Below, piece after piece: positions 50,950 through 61,231 of a stretch of DNA of 64,000 bases (position 1 is its first letter; every line of letters begins with the position of its first letter). This stretch comes from Hydrurus foetidus (Eukaryota), in the NCBI GenBank assembly GCA_900617105.1, contig UYFQ01000001.1, forward strand, positions 2,914,001 to 2,978,000. The letters are read 5' to 3'. The notes beneath the pieces are model-generated. The model was not told the DNA's origin. It saw nothing but the letters and a program-made list of their open reading frames with translations, and made no database searches. The position numbers and the translations under genes were made by a program.

Positions 50950-51552
50950 ATGACCGCCAAAGGAACTTTGCTTTACGTCCGCACCCCGCAAGGCCGAGCC
51001 GTAGCGTTCACGCCCGATGCAAAACTGTCGCCAAAACTGAAGGCGATGCTCAAGGCAGTCGACGGAAAAGTCAGTGTGGCCGAGTTGGTGGTGCAGTTTG
51101 CAGATGCAGACGCGTCAGACTTGTTAGGCCAGCTGGACGTCGCTGGGCTGATTAAACTGCGGGAAGACCGCTCAACTGATTTTCAAAACGACGCTGCTGC
51201 GCGGATCACACAGCCAGCAGCACAGATTGCCGACTTTGCCCCCACAGACGCCGGTCTGCTAGAACCGCTTTCGGCAAGTGCGATGGCAAATAGCCCGCCA
51301 GCCGCCAAGCAGCAGTCGGCTAGGGTCAACACCGGCTTGGCCCTGATTGTTGATGTCATGTCTACGTTTGTGCTGACTCACTTGCCGCAGCAGGCCTTTA
51401 CGGTGCTGGCCAAGCTTGAAGGCTTTAAAACGCTCGCTGAGCTGGAAGCCGAGCTGCCTGACTATTCAATGCTGGCCAAAGCTTCTGGCCCAGCAGGTGT
51501 GGTGCACCTGGCAGAGCTCACTGAACGCATGCGCGAAGCGGCTGCGGCTTAG
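50950..51552 (+). CDS. Hypothetical protein, possible N-terminal winged helix
   Basis: Clean 200-aa ORF; LKAVDGKVSVAEL...LGQLDVAGLIKL pattern; divergent from LOV-A. Confidence 0.65.
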   Translation: MTAKGTLLYVRTPQGRAVAFTPDAKLSPKLKAMLKAVDGKVSVAELVVQFADADASDLLGQLDVAGLIKLREDRSTDFQNDAAARITQPAAQIADFAPTDAGLLEPLSASAMANSPPAAKQQSARVNTGLALIVDVMSTFVLTHLPQQAFTVLAKLEGFKTLAELEAELPDYSMLAKASGPAGVVHLAELTERMREAAAA

Positions 51553-51605
51553 GGCGCAAGGCTTCGTCAAGCCTTGGCAGAGCATTCATCTGCCGGCATT
51601 AGTGA

Positions 51606-51788
51606 CTAACGAACCACACTTAAAAACGCCCGCGCGGCGTCGCGCAGTTCGGCTGCGTCTTGTGGGTTGCGGCCCGCCTCAAGCTCGGCGCGCTCCATCA
51701 GGTTTTGCGCCACGTTTGGTGCGGGGGTGGCTTGAGCAGCTGCATCTGGTGAGATGAAATCAGCGATTTGTTTGAGCAATTCAGTCAT
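51606..51788 (-). CDS. Small hypothetical protein (60 aa)
   Basis: ATG start, helical and plausible composition, fills an intergenic gap. Confidence 0.55.
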   Translation of the reverse strand: MTELLKQIADFISPDAAAQATPAPNVAQNLMERAELEAGRNPQDAAELRDAARAFLSVVR

Positions 51789-51930
51789 GGCGATGCGCTT
51801 GGTTAGCGCGAAAAGTTGCGGTGAATTAAATATACGGGTTTTCCCTTAATTCGCAAGGCTGCACCGCTGAATTTTCGATGCAATAAACGCATAACCTGAC
51901 CGGCTGGTCAGCATGCGCGAGAATGGGGAG

Positions 51931-52761
51931 GTGAATATTCAGCTCATGTCAGATCTCCACTTGGAGTCCAACCCCCACTTTGTGCCGCAGCCCGCGCCGG
52001 GCGCAGACGTGCTGGTGCTGGCCGGTGATATCGGCTCTTATCAAAACACATCGGCGCTGACCCGTTTAGACATTGCCGACTTTGGCTTGGGGCGTTTTGC
52101 CAACTGGCCGTGCCCGGTGGTGTTTGTGCCTGGCAACCATGAGTACGACGGCCTGGAATTTAACGAGGCGCATGCCCGGCTGCGCGACGCCTGCCAGCGC
52201 CTGGGCTTGCTGTGGCTGGAGCGTGCCGTGCAAGTAATTGCCGGGGTGCGTTTTGTGGGCTGCACGCTGTGGACTGATTTTGATTCGCCAACGTCGGCCC
52301 GCGCGTTGAGCAGCCCGGTGACCCTGGGGCAGCAGCTGGTAGCGCGCGACAAGGCTTTTCGGGCTGCCGACTTTTACTTGAAGAAAAACCACGCCTTGAG
52401 CGGTGGCCAGCCCATGATGGCTGAGGCGGTGCGCGAGTTGGGGCTGCAAAGCCAGGCTTGGTTGCGGCAAGCGCTTGCCCAGCCAGCCGACGAAAAGACA
52501 GCACAAAAGACGGTAGTGGTGACTCACTTTGCGCCGAGTCTTCTCAGCGCCGACCCGCGTTACGGCATCAGCCCCGGCACGGCCGGCTTTTGCAATGGGT
52601 TAGATGACCTGTTACCCAGCGCGCAACTTTGGTTACACGGCCACCTGCATTGTCCGTCAGACTATTGGGTAGGGAATTGCCGGGTGGTGGCCAACCCGCT
52701 GGGCTACGCCCGCAAAAACGAGCAGGCTGGTTTTAAGCCGCAAAGCTGCATCACGGTGTAA
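51931..52761 (+). CDS. Calcineurin-like metallophosphoesterase
   Basis: SDLH, LAGDI, PGNHE, VTH, HGHLH; GTG start after GGGGAG. Confidence 0.92.
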   Translation: MNIQLMSDLHLESNPHFVPQPAPGADVLVLAGDIGSYQNTSALTRLDIADFGLGRFANWPCPVVFVPGNHEYDGLEFNEAHARLRDACQRLGLLWLERAVQVIAGVRFVGCTLWTDFDSPTSARALSSPVTLGQQLVARDKAFRAADFYLKKNHALSGGQPMMAEAVRELGLQSQAWLRQALAQPADEKTAQKTVVVTHFAPSLLSADPRYGISPGTAGFCNGLDDLLPSAQLWLHGHLHCPSDYWVGNCRVVANPLGYARKNEQAGFKPQSCITV

Positions 52762-52913
52762 GCAGGGCGGGGCTAAATGCCTCAGTTGCTTTAAAATGTT
52801 ACCGAGCAGTATAAATAATAACCTTGTGGTTTACTTTATTACTGATGGGATATATATTCCGATCACACCAACTTTCTGGTGTTTTTCAACACATCTTTTT
52901 TGAGGACAACATC

Positions 52914-53369
52914 ATGAAAAAATCATTACTCGCCTTGGCCCTGACCGCCGGTTTTGCCCTGTCTGCACAAGCTGCCGACATCGTTGACACCGCCATCAAG
53001 GCTGGCAACTTCAAAACCCTGGTCGCCGCTGTACAAGCCGCTGGCCTGGTTGACACGCTTAAGGGCAAGGGCCCGTTCACGGTGTTTGCGCCGACTGACG
53101 AAGCCTTCGCCAAAATCCCGAAAGAAACCCTCGACGGTCTGCTCAAAGACAAAGCCGCCTTATCCAAAATTTTGACGTACCACGTAGTGGCCGGCAAAGT
53201 CATGGCCAAAGACGTCAAGCCGGGCATGGTTAAAACCGTGCAGGGCGGCGACATCACGCTGGCGACCGAAGGCGGCGTGACCGTGAATGGCGCAAAAGTG
53301 GTGGCCGCTGACGTTGCTGCTGACAATGGTGTGATCCACGCGATTGACACCGTAATCATGCCGAAGTAA
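52914..53369 (+). CDS. Secreted fasciclin (FAS1) domain protein
   Basis: Signal peptide, [28 protein letters not shown]. Confidence 0.95.
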   Translation: MKKSLLALALTAGFALSAQAADIVDTAIKAGNFKTLVAAVQAAGLVDTLKGKGPFTVFAPTDEAFAKIPKETLDGLLKDKAALSKILTYHVVAGKVMAKDVKPGMVKTVQGGDITLATEGGVTVNGAKVVAADVAADNGVIHAIDTVIMPK

Positions 53370-53559
53370 TTGCCGGGTTAGCTACTGGCGTCTACGCCGG
53401 AGTCATAACAGGCTCACCACGGGCGCGACTAGCTATTGAATTAATAGCTGCTCGCGCCCGTATTTATTGGCTTCTAAGATTTTTAGCCCTTTCAGAATCT
53501 GTTTTAGCGGATTTTTCAGGCTTTTTTCGGAGGGTTAACCGCTGCTTAAACGCTTAATC

Positions 53560-54090
53560 GTGCAACCACTTTCGTGGCACGCAACTCCCCTTGCGCAAGG
53601 CATTGAACTGCTTGCCTTGGCCGCAATGATTTTGCTGCTGCCACTGGCGCCCTTTGCTTGCGCGGTGATTGCTGGCCGCTGGCATTATTTGCGCCGCTAC
53701 GGTCAAACCGTCAAGCAGTCGGCGCGCACTATCAGGGCGCTGCACCAAGCCAGCGTGATTGCCCGAAACATTGAAATGGCCATCGAACAGTCATTTGAAA
53801 TCGCTTTTGCCCCAACCGCCGCGGCCAACAGCATTGAAGGAAGCTGCACGCACTGTGGCCGCTGCTGCCTGAACAGCGCCTGCGTGTTTTTAACCTGGAC
53901 GGGCGACGGCTTCTCAAACTGCTCGATTCACAACAACTGGTTTTGGAAATTGACCAGCTGCGGCAGCTACCCAATCAACGCGCACAGCATTGCGGTGTAC
54001 GACTGCCCGTCGTTCAGGGTGATTCCGATTCGCGTCATTGCCCTGCCGCCAGAGCGCTCGCGGGCCGGGCAGAGTCCCCATACGCTATAA
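53560..54090 (+). CDS. Cys-rich hypothetical protein (YkgJ-like metal-binding pattern)
   Basis: CTHCGRCC, C.FL, CSIH, CGSYP. Confidence 0.65.
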   Translation: MQPLSWHATPLAQGIELLALAAMILLLPLAPFACAVIAGRWHYLRRYGQTVKQSARTIRALHQASVIARNIEMAIEQSFEIAFAPTAAANSIEGSCTHCGRCCLNSACVFLTWTGDGFSNCSIHNNWFWKLTSCGSYPINAHSIAVYDCPSFRVIPIRVIALPPERSRAGQSPHTL

Positions 54091-54165
54091 ATTTAAGAGC
54101 TGCTTACGCCTGTTTTGATTGGGCTACAGCCCGATTTGCACCCCAAAACGCGCCAATAATGACGA

Positions 54166-54792
54166 TCAACGTCGATTAAGGCCATCAAAACAAGTCGCCA
54201 GCACGATGTCAATAATCTGCTCGTCGGTGTGCTGGCCGCCCGCTTTCAAAAAGCCGGGCACCGGGTCACAGGCGCGCGAGTACAGCGTGTACAGCACCAC
54301 CAGCGCGGGTACTTTGGCGTCCAGGCTGCCGTCGGCTTGCGCCGCCTCTATCCAGCCGCCAATTTGGTCGCTGACCTGCATCAAGCCGCCCAGGTAGGCT
54401 TTGTTAGCCATCAAGTTGGCCCGCAGCGAAGAGTTTTGGCTGGGCAACGATGGCATTTCGCCTCTGAGCTGCACTTGCAGCATCCAGCGTGCAACGGCTT
54501 CAAGCTGAGCCACCGGTTTGGCATCAGCGGGCAAGCTGGCCAAAAACGCTTGGGCCAAGCCCAGTACGCGCACCATGGCAGCGGCGGCCAGGTCTTCTTT
54601 GCTGGAAAAGTGTTTGTACAGGCTGGCCTTGGCGATGCCAACGTCGGCGGCCACTTCGTCGACCGTCATCAGGTCAAAACCCTTTTCTGCCAGCAACCGG
54701 TTAACAGCCATGACGATGGCTTCTTCTCTGGCCTGCAGCATTTGGGCTTTGAAGGTGGTTTTAACGGGGGGAGCGGCGGTAGCAGTGGTCAT
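54166..54792 (-). CDS. TetR-family transcriptional regulator
   Basis: GFDLMTVDEVAADVGIAKASLYKHFSSKEDL. Confidence 0.93.
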   Translation of the reverse strand: MTTATAAPPVKTTFKAQMLQAREEAIVMAVNRLLAEKGFDLMTVDEVAADVGIAKASLYKHFSSKEDLAAAAMVRVLGLAQAFLASLPADAKPVAQLEAVARWMLQVQLRGEMPSLPSQNSSLRANLMANKAYLGGLMQVSDQIGGWIEAAQADGSLDAKVPALVVLYTLYSRACDPVPGFLKAGGQHTDEQIIDIVLATCFDGLNRR

Positions 54793-54992
54793 TTGTGTAT
54801 CGTACGCCGATTAATGCGAGTCAGTTCAAAAAAATACCATGCGCGTATTTTTTAGTCGGGTACTCCAAAAAACTACCGCACGGTTTAATCCCCCATGTTT
54901 AGTGAGTTTGCTGCGTGGGTTTTCTGGTTCAATGCAAGTTGGGTTGATACTCGGTTGCTCGGCGCAATCGTCAAACGAAGCAAAGGCAGCTT

Positions 54993-56309
54993 ATGAAAGT
55001 AGTGGTTTTGGGGGCGGGCATTATTGGCGTCAGCACAGCCTGGCACCTGCTACAGCGTGGGCATGAAGTCACCGTGATTGACCGGCAAAGCGGCGCAGCA
55101 ATGGAAACCAGCTTTGCCAACGCGGCGCAGATTTCGGTCAGCTACTGCGAGCCGTGGGCCAACCGCGATGCCCCCCTGAAAGCCCTGAAATGGATGTTCA
55201 GAGACGACGCGCCGCTGCTCTTCAGGCCGCAATTTGACCTGCACCAGTGGCTGTGGGGGCTGAAGTTTTTGGCCCAGTGCAACGACACCGCGTTTGAGCG
55301 CAACGTGCAGCAACTGGTAGCCCTGGGCGCGTACAGCCACACCGCGCTCAAAGCCGTGGTGGCCGCCACCAGCATTGAATACAACCGGCTGGAGCGCGGC
55401 ATTGCGCACTACTACACCGACCAAAAATCGTTCGACACCGCAGCTGATGCCGCCGCATTGATGCGCAAATACGGCGTGAACCGCAAGGTGGTGAGCCAGG
55501 CCGAATTGCTGGCCATTGAGCCGGCCTTCAAGCAATTTGCGCATTCCATCGTGGGCGGCACGTACACCGCCAGCGACGAGAGCGGCGACGCCAAAGTCTT
55601 CACACAGGCGCTGGCCGAACACTGCGCGGCCAAAGGCGCGACGTTTATGTACGGGCACGACATTGAGCGGCTGAACAAGCTGGGCGGCGCTATTGATTCA
55701 GTAGCTGTTCGCGCCCGATTTTCCTCGGCCACAGGCAAAAATGACACTAAAAACAGCCTCAATATCAAGGCCGACGCCATCGTGGTGGCCTGCGGCTCGT
55801 ACAGCGCGCCGCTGCTGCGCGAAGTCGGTGTTGACCTGCCGATTTACCCCGGCAAGGGCTATAGCGCTACCTTCAATATTCTTAAACCCGAGTTGGCCCC
55901 ACTCGTCAGCACGATTGACGATGAAGTCAAGTGCGCTATCAGCCGCTTGGGCAACCACTTGCGCGTGGCCGGCACCATTGAAGTCGGCGGCTACGACTTG
56001 TCATTGACGACGCCGCTGGCCAAAGCCCGCTGCGCCATGCTGGCCAACCGCATTGAGCAAGTGCTGCCGGGCGTGTGCGACACCCGGCTGGAAGAAGCTG
56101 GCGGTGCGCCGCATTTTTGGACTGGCCTGCGCCCGGCCACGCCGACCAATATTCCGTACATTGGGCAAACCAAAGTGCGTAAATTGTGGGTAAACGCTGG
56201 CCACGGCACGTTGGGCTGGACGCACGGCGCGGGCTCGGGCAAGGCCATGGCCGAGCTGATCAGCGGCGTCAAGCCTGACATGGCGTTTGGCTTTCACGGC
56301 AGCGCCTAG
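54993..56309 (+). CDS. dadA: D-amino acid dehydrogenase
   Basis: VVLGAGIIG, ETSFANA, IYPGKGYS, WTGLRP, NAGHGTLGWT. Confidence 0.9.
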   Translation: MKVVVLGAGIIGVSTAWHLLQRGHEVTVIDRQSGAAMETSFANAAQISVSYCEPWANRDAPLKALKWMFRDDAPLLFRPQFDLHQWLWGLKFLAQCNDTAFERNVQQLVALGAYSHTALKAVVAATSIEYNRLERGIAHYYTDQKSFDTAADAAALMRKYGVNRKVVSQAELLAIEPAFKQFAHSIVGGTYTASDESGDAKVFTQALAEHCAAKGATFMYGHDIERLNKLGGAIDSVAVRARFSSATGKNDTKNSLNIKADAIVVACGSYSAPLLREVGVDLPIYPGKGYSATFNILKPELAPLVSTIDDEVKCAISRLGNHLRVAGTIEVGGYDLSLTTPLAKARCAMLANRIEQVLPGVCDTRLEEAGGAPHFWTGLRPATPTNIPYIGQTKVRKLWVNAGHGTLGWTHGAGSGKAMAELISGVKPDMAFGFHGSA

Positions 56310-56653
56310 CGCAGCGGTAGCGATGCGCCGCGCTCCGCAGGGGTTAGCGCCCACTTCAACGCGCGCCCAAATACTGCCGAGCGTGCCTGGCCCTCTGGCC
56401 CTCTACCCGTCACACTTCGCCACCACACTTGCCACCCCACTTGCCACCCCACTCCTCACCCTACCGCCGACTAACCCTAGCGCAAAAATACTACAAAATT
56501 TTGCCGGGCCGCCGCTACCAACCTGGCTAAAAGAGCGTATTCTGTCCTTTTGCTGCATTGCAGCAATTTCGGTCTGCCACTGATCGGCAGACCCCCCTGA
56601 TGACCTCTGATGACCTCAGATGACCTCGAATAGCCTTTTTGATTGGAGCACCT

Positions 56654-57862
56654 GTGCCCACCACCTTCACCCAAACCCTGCTAAAAGCCACCGGCCTGAC
56701 CCGCATGGGCCGCCTGATGGACGCTACGCGTCTGATTCAGCGCGCTCTTAGCGGCGCGGCATTGCCCGCACCCTCACCGGCCAAGCCCCAAGCCGTGCGA
56801 CCTGCGCCCCCAAACACGCCCAAAGTCGTTCCAATCATCGCTCTGCCAGTGGCCAAAGTGATGCCCGCCGACTACCCGCAGCCCTTCCCCCAGCCCCACA
56901 GCGCGCCGCCGCCCGCCGCCAACGACGACGACCTGCTTGCCCCCCTGCCATCACCGCCGCACCCTAATTTTTCTGAGCAAACCTTTGCTTTTGAGGGCCA
57001 CAACTACCCCTATCGCCTATTTGTGCCCAAGCGGGCCGATGCGGCCGAACACGCCGTCGAGCGCGACAAAATGCCGCTGGTGGTGCTGCTGCACGGCTGC
57101 AAGCAAGACGCACTCGATTTCTCAAAAGGCACGGCCATGAACGCGCTGGCCGCCAAGGAGCAATGCCTGGTGCTGTACCCCGAGCAGATCACCAGCGCCA
57201 ACCTGCAAATGTGCTGGAACTGGTTTGAACCCGGCCACCAGCGCGCCGACACCGGCGAGCCCGGCATGATTGCCGCGCTGACCCGCCAGGTGCTGGCCAC
57301 CGACTTCAACGGCCGCCGCGCCGACCCGCGCCGCGTATACATTACCGGGCTGTCGGCTGGTGGCGCCATGGCCGCCGTGGTCGCTGGGCAGCACCCTGAA
57401 CTGTTCACGGCGCTCGGCGTGCATTCGGGCCTGCCAGCAGGTGCCGCCAGCAATGTGATGACTGCTTTTCAGGCTATGCGCATCGGCGGCCAGGGCCGCG
57501 GGCAGCCCACCTCGGCCATGCCCACGATTGTTTTTCATGGCGAGCGCGACACCACCGTGCACCCCAGCAACGGCGAAACCATCACGCTAGATGCGCTGGC
57601 CGCACTCGAAAAAACCGCCACGCCACTGACCAAAACCCAATCTGCCAGCTACCCCGAAGGCGACAAAGCCGACCGCAACGACAAACCCACCGAGCTCACC
57701 CGCTACGCCAACGCGGCCGGCAAGTCGTTCATCGAATACTGGAGCATCAACAACGGCCCGCACGCCTGGTCAGGCGGCAGCAAACAAGGCAGCTACACCG
57801 ACCCAGATGGCCCGTCAGCGAGCAAAGCGATGCTGGCGTTTTTTCTGCAACACAGGAAGTAG
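56654..57862 (+). CDS. PHB depolymerase-family esterase
   Basis: LHGCKQ, CWNWF, GLSAGG, FHGERDTTV, HAWSGG. Confidence 0.9.
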   Translation: MPTTFTQTLLKATGLTRMGRLMDATRLIQRALSGAALPAPSPAKPQAVRPAPPNTPKVVPIIALPVAKVMPADYPQPFPQPHSAPPPAANDDDLLAPLPSPPHPNFSEQTFAFEGHNYPYRLFVPKRADAAEHAVERDKMPLVVLLHGCKQDALDFSKGTAMNALAAKEQCLVLYPEQITSANLQMCWNWFEPGHQRADTGEPGMIAALTRQVLATDFNGRRADPRRVYITGLSAGGAMAAVVAGQHPELFTALGVHSGLPAGAASNVMTAFQAMRIGGQGRGQPTSAMPTIVFHGERDTTVHPSNGETITLDALAALEKTATPLTKTQSASYPEGDKADRNDKPTELTRYANAAGKSFIEYWSINNGPHAWSGGSKQGSYTDPDGPSASKAMLAFFLQHRK

Positions 57863-58003
57863 GGATTTGGCGGACTTTGACCTTGTTTTAGCCTTGTTTT
57901 AGCCCTGAGTCAGTGCCAAAAAAGGCCTGTAGCCCAATGAATATAGGCGTGAGCAGCTATTAATTTTGAGTTGCCTTTGATAGAGGCAACCAACTACCGC
58001 GCC

Positions 58004-58095
58004 AGAAAAGACGAAAGCCGGGCGCTGCCCGGCTTTCCATTTGGTGCATCTTTCAGCTTGTTAGCGTTCAGAGCTCATATCCCAATCGATAAGTG
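58004..58095 (-). ncRNA. tracrRNA
   Basis: 22-nt exact repeat match at 58068-58089, then (minus strand) GCTAACAAGCTGAAAGATGCACC and the hairpin GAAAGCCGGGC-AGC-GCCCGGCTTTC with a T-run; ends approximate. Confidence 0.88.
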
Positions 58096-58160
58096 CTTGA
58101 AATATAACGCAATCCGCGTTAAAACTCAAACATCTTGTTAATTAGGTAAAGGGGTGAAAC

Positions 58161-61100
58161 ATGCCACAAGGAATGCGCTATCGATTGGCTCTGGATTTGG
58201 GCTCAACATCACTTGGCTGGGCGATGATTCGGCTGAACGCTGCCAATTCTCCCGTGGCAGTGATCAAGGCGGGGGTCAGGATATTTTCTGATGGCCGCAA
58301 CCCCAAAGACGGCTCGTCTCTAGCAGTCACGCGCCGCGAAGCGCGCGCCATGCGGCGCAGGCGTGATCGCATGCTCAAGCGCAAGGCGCGCATGATGCAG
58401 ACGCTGATAGCGCATGGCTTTTTTCCAAAGCTTGAAGCCGAACGCAAAGCGCTTGAGACATTGAACCCTTACACATTGCGCGCCAAAGGTTTGGACTCTG
58501 CTTTGAGCCCGGCAGAATTTGGCCGGGCACTGTTTCACATCACCCAGCGACGGGGCTTTAAGAGCAATCGTAAAACGGACAAAGGCGAGAACGACTCTAG
58601 CGCACTGAAAAACGCGATTAAAACGGTACGGGACAAATTACTGGCTACGGGTAGCCGCACTGTCGGTGAATGGTTACATAAGCGTGACGCCGCTGGCGAA
58701 ATGGTTCGCGCGCGTTACCGGGAGGAACGCGTCATTAAAGACAGCGGCAAACCCGGCATCAACAAAAGCTACGACCTTTACATTGACCGCGCAATGATTG
58801 AGGCGGAGTTTGATGCGCTTTGGTCTGCCCAGGCGGCTTTTAACTCTGGGCTTTTCAACATTACTGCTCGCGACGAGTTAAAAGACGCTTTGCTTTTTCA
58901 ACGTCCGCTAAAGCCAGTCATCCCAGGCCGCTGCACGCTATTGCCGGACGAGATGCGAGCGCCGCTGGCGCTGCCCAGTACGCAGCGTTTTCGTATTTAT
59001 CAGGAACTGGCCAATTTGCGGATCTTGGGCGATGGGCTGAAAGAACTTGCACTGACGCTTGAACAGCGCAACAAGTTGGCTAACGCGCTTGAAACTGGTC
59101 ACAAGAGTTTCAAAACGGCTATTCCCAAATTGCTCGGCCTTAGCGGTTCAGTCAAGTTCAACCTGGCAGATGCCAAACGGCTTGAACTCAAAGGTAACGT
59201 TACCTGCGCCATTTTGAGCAAGAAGGATTTGTTCGGCGATGACTGGTGGGGCTTTGACGAGACCAAACAAGACGCGATCGTTTGGCAACTGGTTAAAGAA
59301 GAAAACGAGGCCAAGCTTATTGCGTGGCTGCAAAGTGAAACGGGCGTGGACGAAGCACAAGCTGAAAAGCTGGCCGATGTCGCATTACCTGAAGGCTACG
59401 GCAGCTTGAGCGCCAAAGCACTCGCACGCATACTGCCAGAGCTGCGCCGTGAAGTCACGACCTACGACAAAGCCGTGATTGCCGCTGGCTTTGACCACCA
59501 CAGCAACATCAGCGCCGCAGCTACGGGGGAAATATTGCCTGAGTTGCCCTACTACGGCGAAGCGTTGCAACGCCACGTTGGTTTTGGTACGGGCAAGCTG
59601 GATGACACACCTGAACAGCGCTTTGGCCGCATTGCGAACCCGACCGTACACATTGGTTTGAACCAGGTGCGCCTGGTGGTGAACGCACTGATCAAACGCT
59701 ATGGTCACCCAAGCCAGGTGATTGTGGAGGTAGCACGAGATTTAAAGCGCAGCAAAGACCAGAAAGACGAAGACAGCAAACGCCAAGCAGAGAACCAGCG
59801 GCGAAACGAACGTCACCGCAGGCTGATTGCAGGTATTTTGAACATCAGTGAAGAAAGGGTTCGTGGCGCTGATTTGCAAAAAATGGTCTTATGGGAAGAG
59901 CTGAGTTTTGACCCGGCAGAGCGGCGCTGTCCGTATTCAGGCGTACAAATCAGCGCTGCCATGCTTTTGAGTGATGAGGTAGAGATTGAGCATATCTTGC
60001 CGTTTTCACAAACACTGGACGACAGCCTGAACAATAAAACCGTATCGATGCGACATGCCAACCGTTACAAAGGCAACCAAACGCCGTGGGACGCGTTTGG
60101 CAAAAACCAGGTGCAAGGGTTTGACTATGCAGCCATATTGCAGCGCGCTGAACTGATGCCACGTGCAAAGCGCAGCCGCTTTGCAGAAGACGGCATGGCG
60201 CGTTGGCTCAAAGACGACAAAGGCTTTTTGGCCCGCGCGTTGAACGACACTAAATATTTGAGCAAAGTAGCGCGCGAATACATGAGCCTGATTTGCCCAC
60301 AAGACACACGCGTGATTCCCGGCCAGATGACCGCCATGCTGCGCGGTAAGTTTGGTTTGAACGATGTACTCGGCATCAACGGTGAAAAAAACCGCAATGA
60401 CCACCGGCATCATGCCGTGGATGCGTGTGTGATTGGTGTGACCGATCAAGGATTGCTTAAAAGGTTTGCAGATGCGAGTGCTAGCGCTCGTGAAAGACAG
60501 CTCAATCGGTTGGTTGAAAACATGCCTGATCCCTGGCCAACCTACAGGGCGCATGTGCAGCTTGCAGTTAGCCATATTTGGGTGAGCCACAAACCGGACC
60601 ATGGATATGAAGCTGGGATGCATGAAGATACGGCTTATCGGCCGCCGTATCTTGACCCTAAAAACATGTGGCGAACGCGGGGAATCGGTGGTGCAAAGCC
60701 AAACGAAAAGAAGCATGACTCTGACGCAATCGTTGCAATGCATGGCGATGCAAACACAAACCGCCACGCTCTAAATAAGGAAGGAGTTGCGCTTCCCTAC
60801 AAAGGTTATGTTGGCGGCAGTAACTATTGCATCGAGATAACCTGTGGTGAAAAGGGCAAGTGGATTAGTCGAGTGATTTCAACATACGCGGCATACCAAA
60901 TAGTACGATCACAGGGCATCGAAGGCTTGCGACATACACATATTGCGCAAGACGGAGAGCCGCTTGTTATGCGCTTGAGCATCGGGGATGGGGTTCGACT
61001 TGAAATAAATGACGATAGGAAGACCTATCGAGTTGCGTATATTCCCAGCAACGGGCAGGTATTTATGGCCCCGATAAACGAAGCAAACGTTGATGCGAGA

Positions 61101-61226
61101 AATAGCGATAAATCTGATCCATTTGCCTACATTTCAAAGACTGCTGGTTCATTGCAAAAGGCCAAAGCCCGCCGCGTCACCATCTCACCCATCGGCGAAC
61201 TCAACGACCCCGGCTTCAAGGAGTAA
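58161..61226 (+). CDS. cas9: Type II-C CRISPR endonuclease Cas9 (1021 aa)
   Basis: RuvC-I LALDLGSTSLGW, Arg-rich bridge helix, RRGF, RuvC-II VEVARD, HNH EIEHILPFS...N...N, RuvC-III HHAVDA. Confidence 0.97.
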   Translation: MPQGMRYRLALDLGSTSLGWAMIRLNAANSPVAVIKAGVRIFSDGRNPKDGSSLAVTRREARAMRRRRDRMLKRKARMMQTLIAHGFFPKLEAERKALETLNPYTLRAKGLDSALSPAEFGRALFHITQRRGFKSNRKTDKGENDSSALKNAIKTVRDKLLATGSRTVGEWLHKRDAAGEMVRARYREERVIKDSGKPGINKSYDLYIDRAMIEAEFDALWSAQAAFNSGLFNITARDELKDALLFQRPLKPVIPGRCTLLPDEMRAPLALPSTQRFRIYQELANLRILGDGLKELALTLEQRNKLANALETGHKSFKTAIPKLLGLSGSVKFNLADAKRLELKGNVTCAILSKKDLFGDDWWGFDETKQDAIVWQLVKEENEAKLIAWLQSETGVDEAQAEKLADVALPEGYGSLSAKALARILPELRREVTTYDKAVIAAGFDHHSNISAAATGEILPELPYYGEALQRHVGFGTGKLDDTPEQRFGRIANPTVHIGLNQVRLVVNALIKRYGHPSQVIVEVARDLKRSKDQKDEDSKRQAENQRRNERHRRLIAGILNISEERVRGADLQKMVLWEELSFDPAERRCPYSGVQISAAMLLSDEVEIEHILPFSQTLDDSLNNKTVSMRHANRYKGNQTPWDAFGKNQVQGFDYAAILQRAELMPRAKRSRFAEDGMARWLKDDKGFLARALNDTKYLSKVAREYMSLICPQDTRVIPGQMTAMLRGKFGLNDVLGINGEKNRNDHRHHAVDACVIGVTDQGLLKRFADASASARERQLNRLVENMPDPWPTYRAHVQLAVSHIWVSHKPDHGYEAGMHEDTAYRPPYLDPKNMWRTRGIGGAKPNEKKHDSDAIVAMHGDANTNRHALNKEGVALPYKGYVGGSNYCIEITCGEKGKWISRVISTYAAYQIVRSQGIEGLRHTHIAQDGEPLVMRLSIGDGVRLEINDDRKTYRVAYIPSNGQVFMAPINEANVDARNSDKSDPFAYISKTAGSLQKAKARRVTISPIGELNDPGFKE

Positions 61227-61231
61227 CCAGC

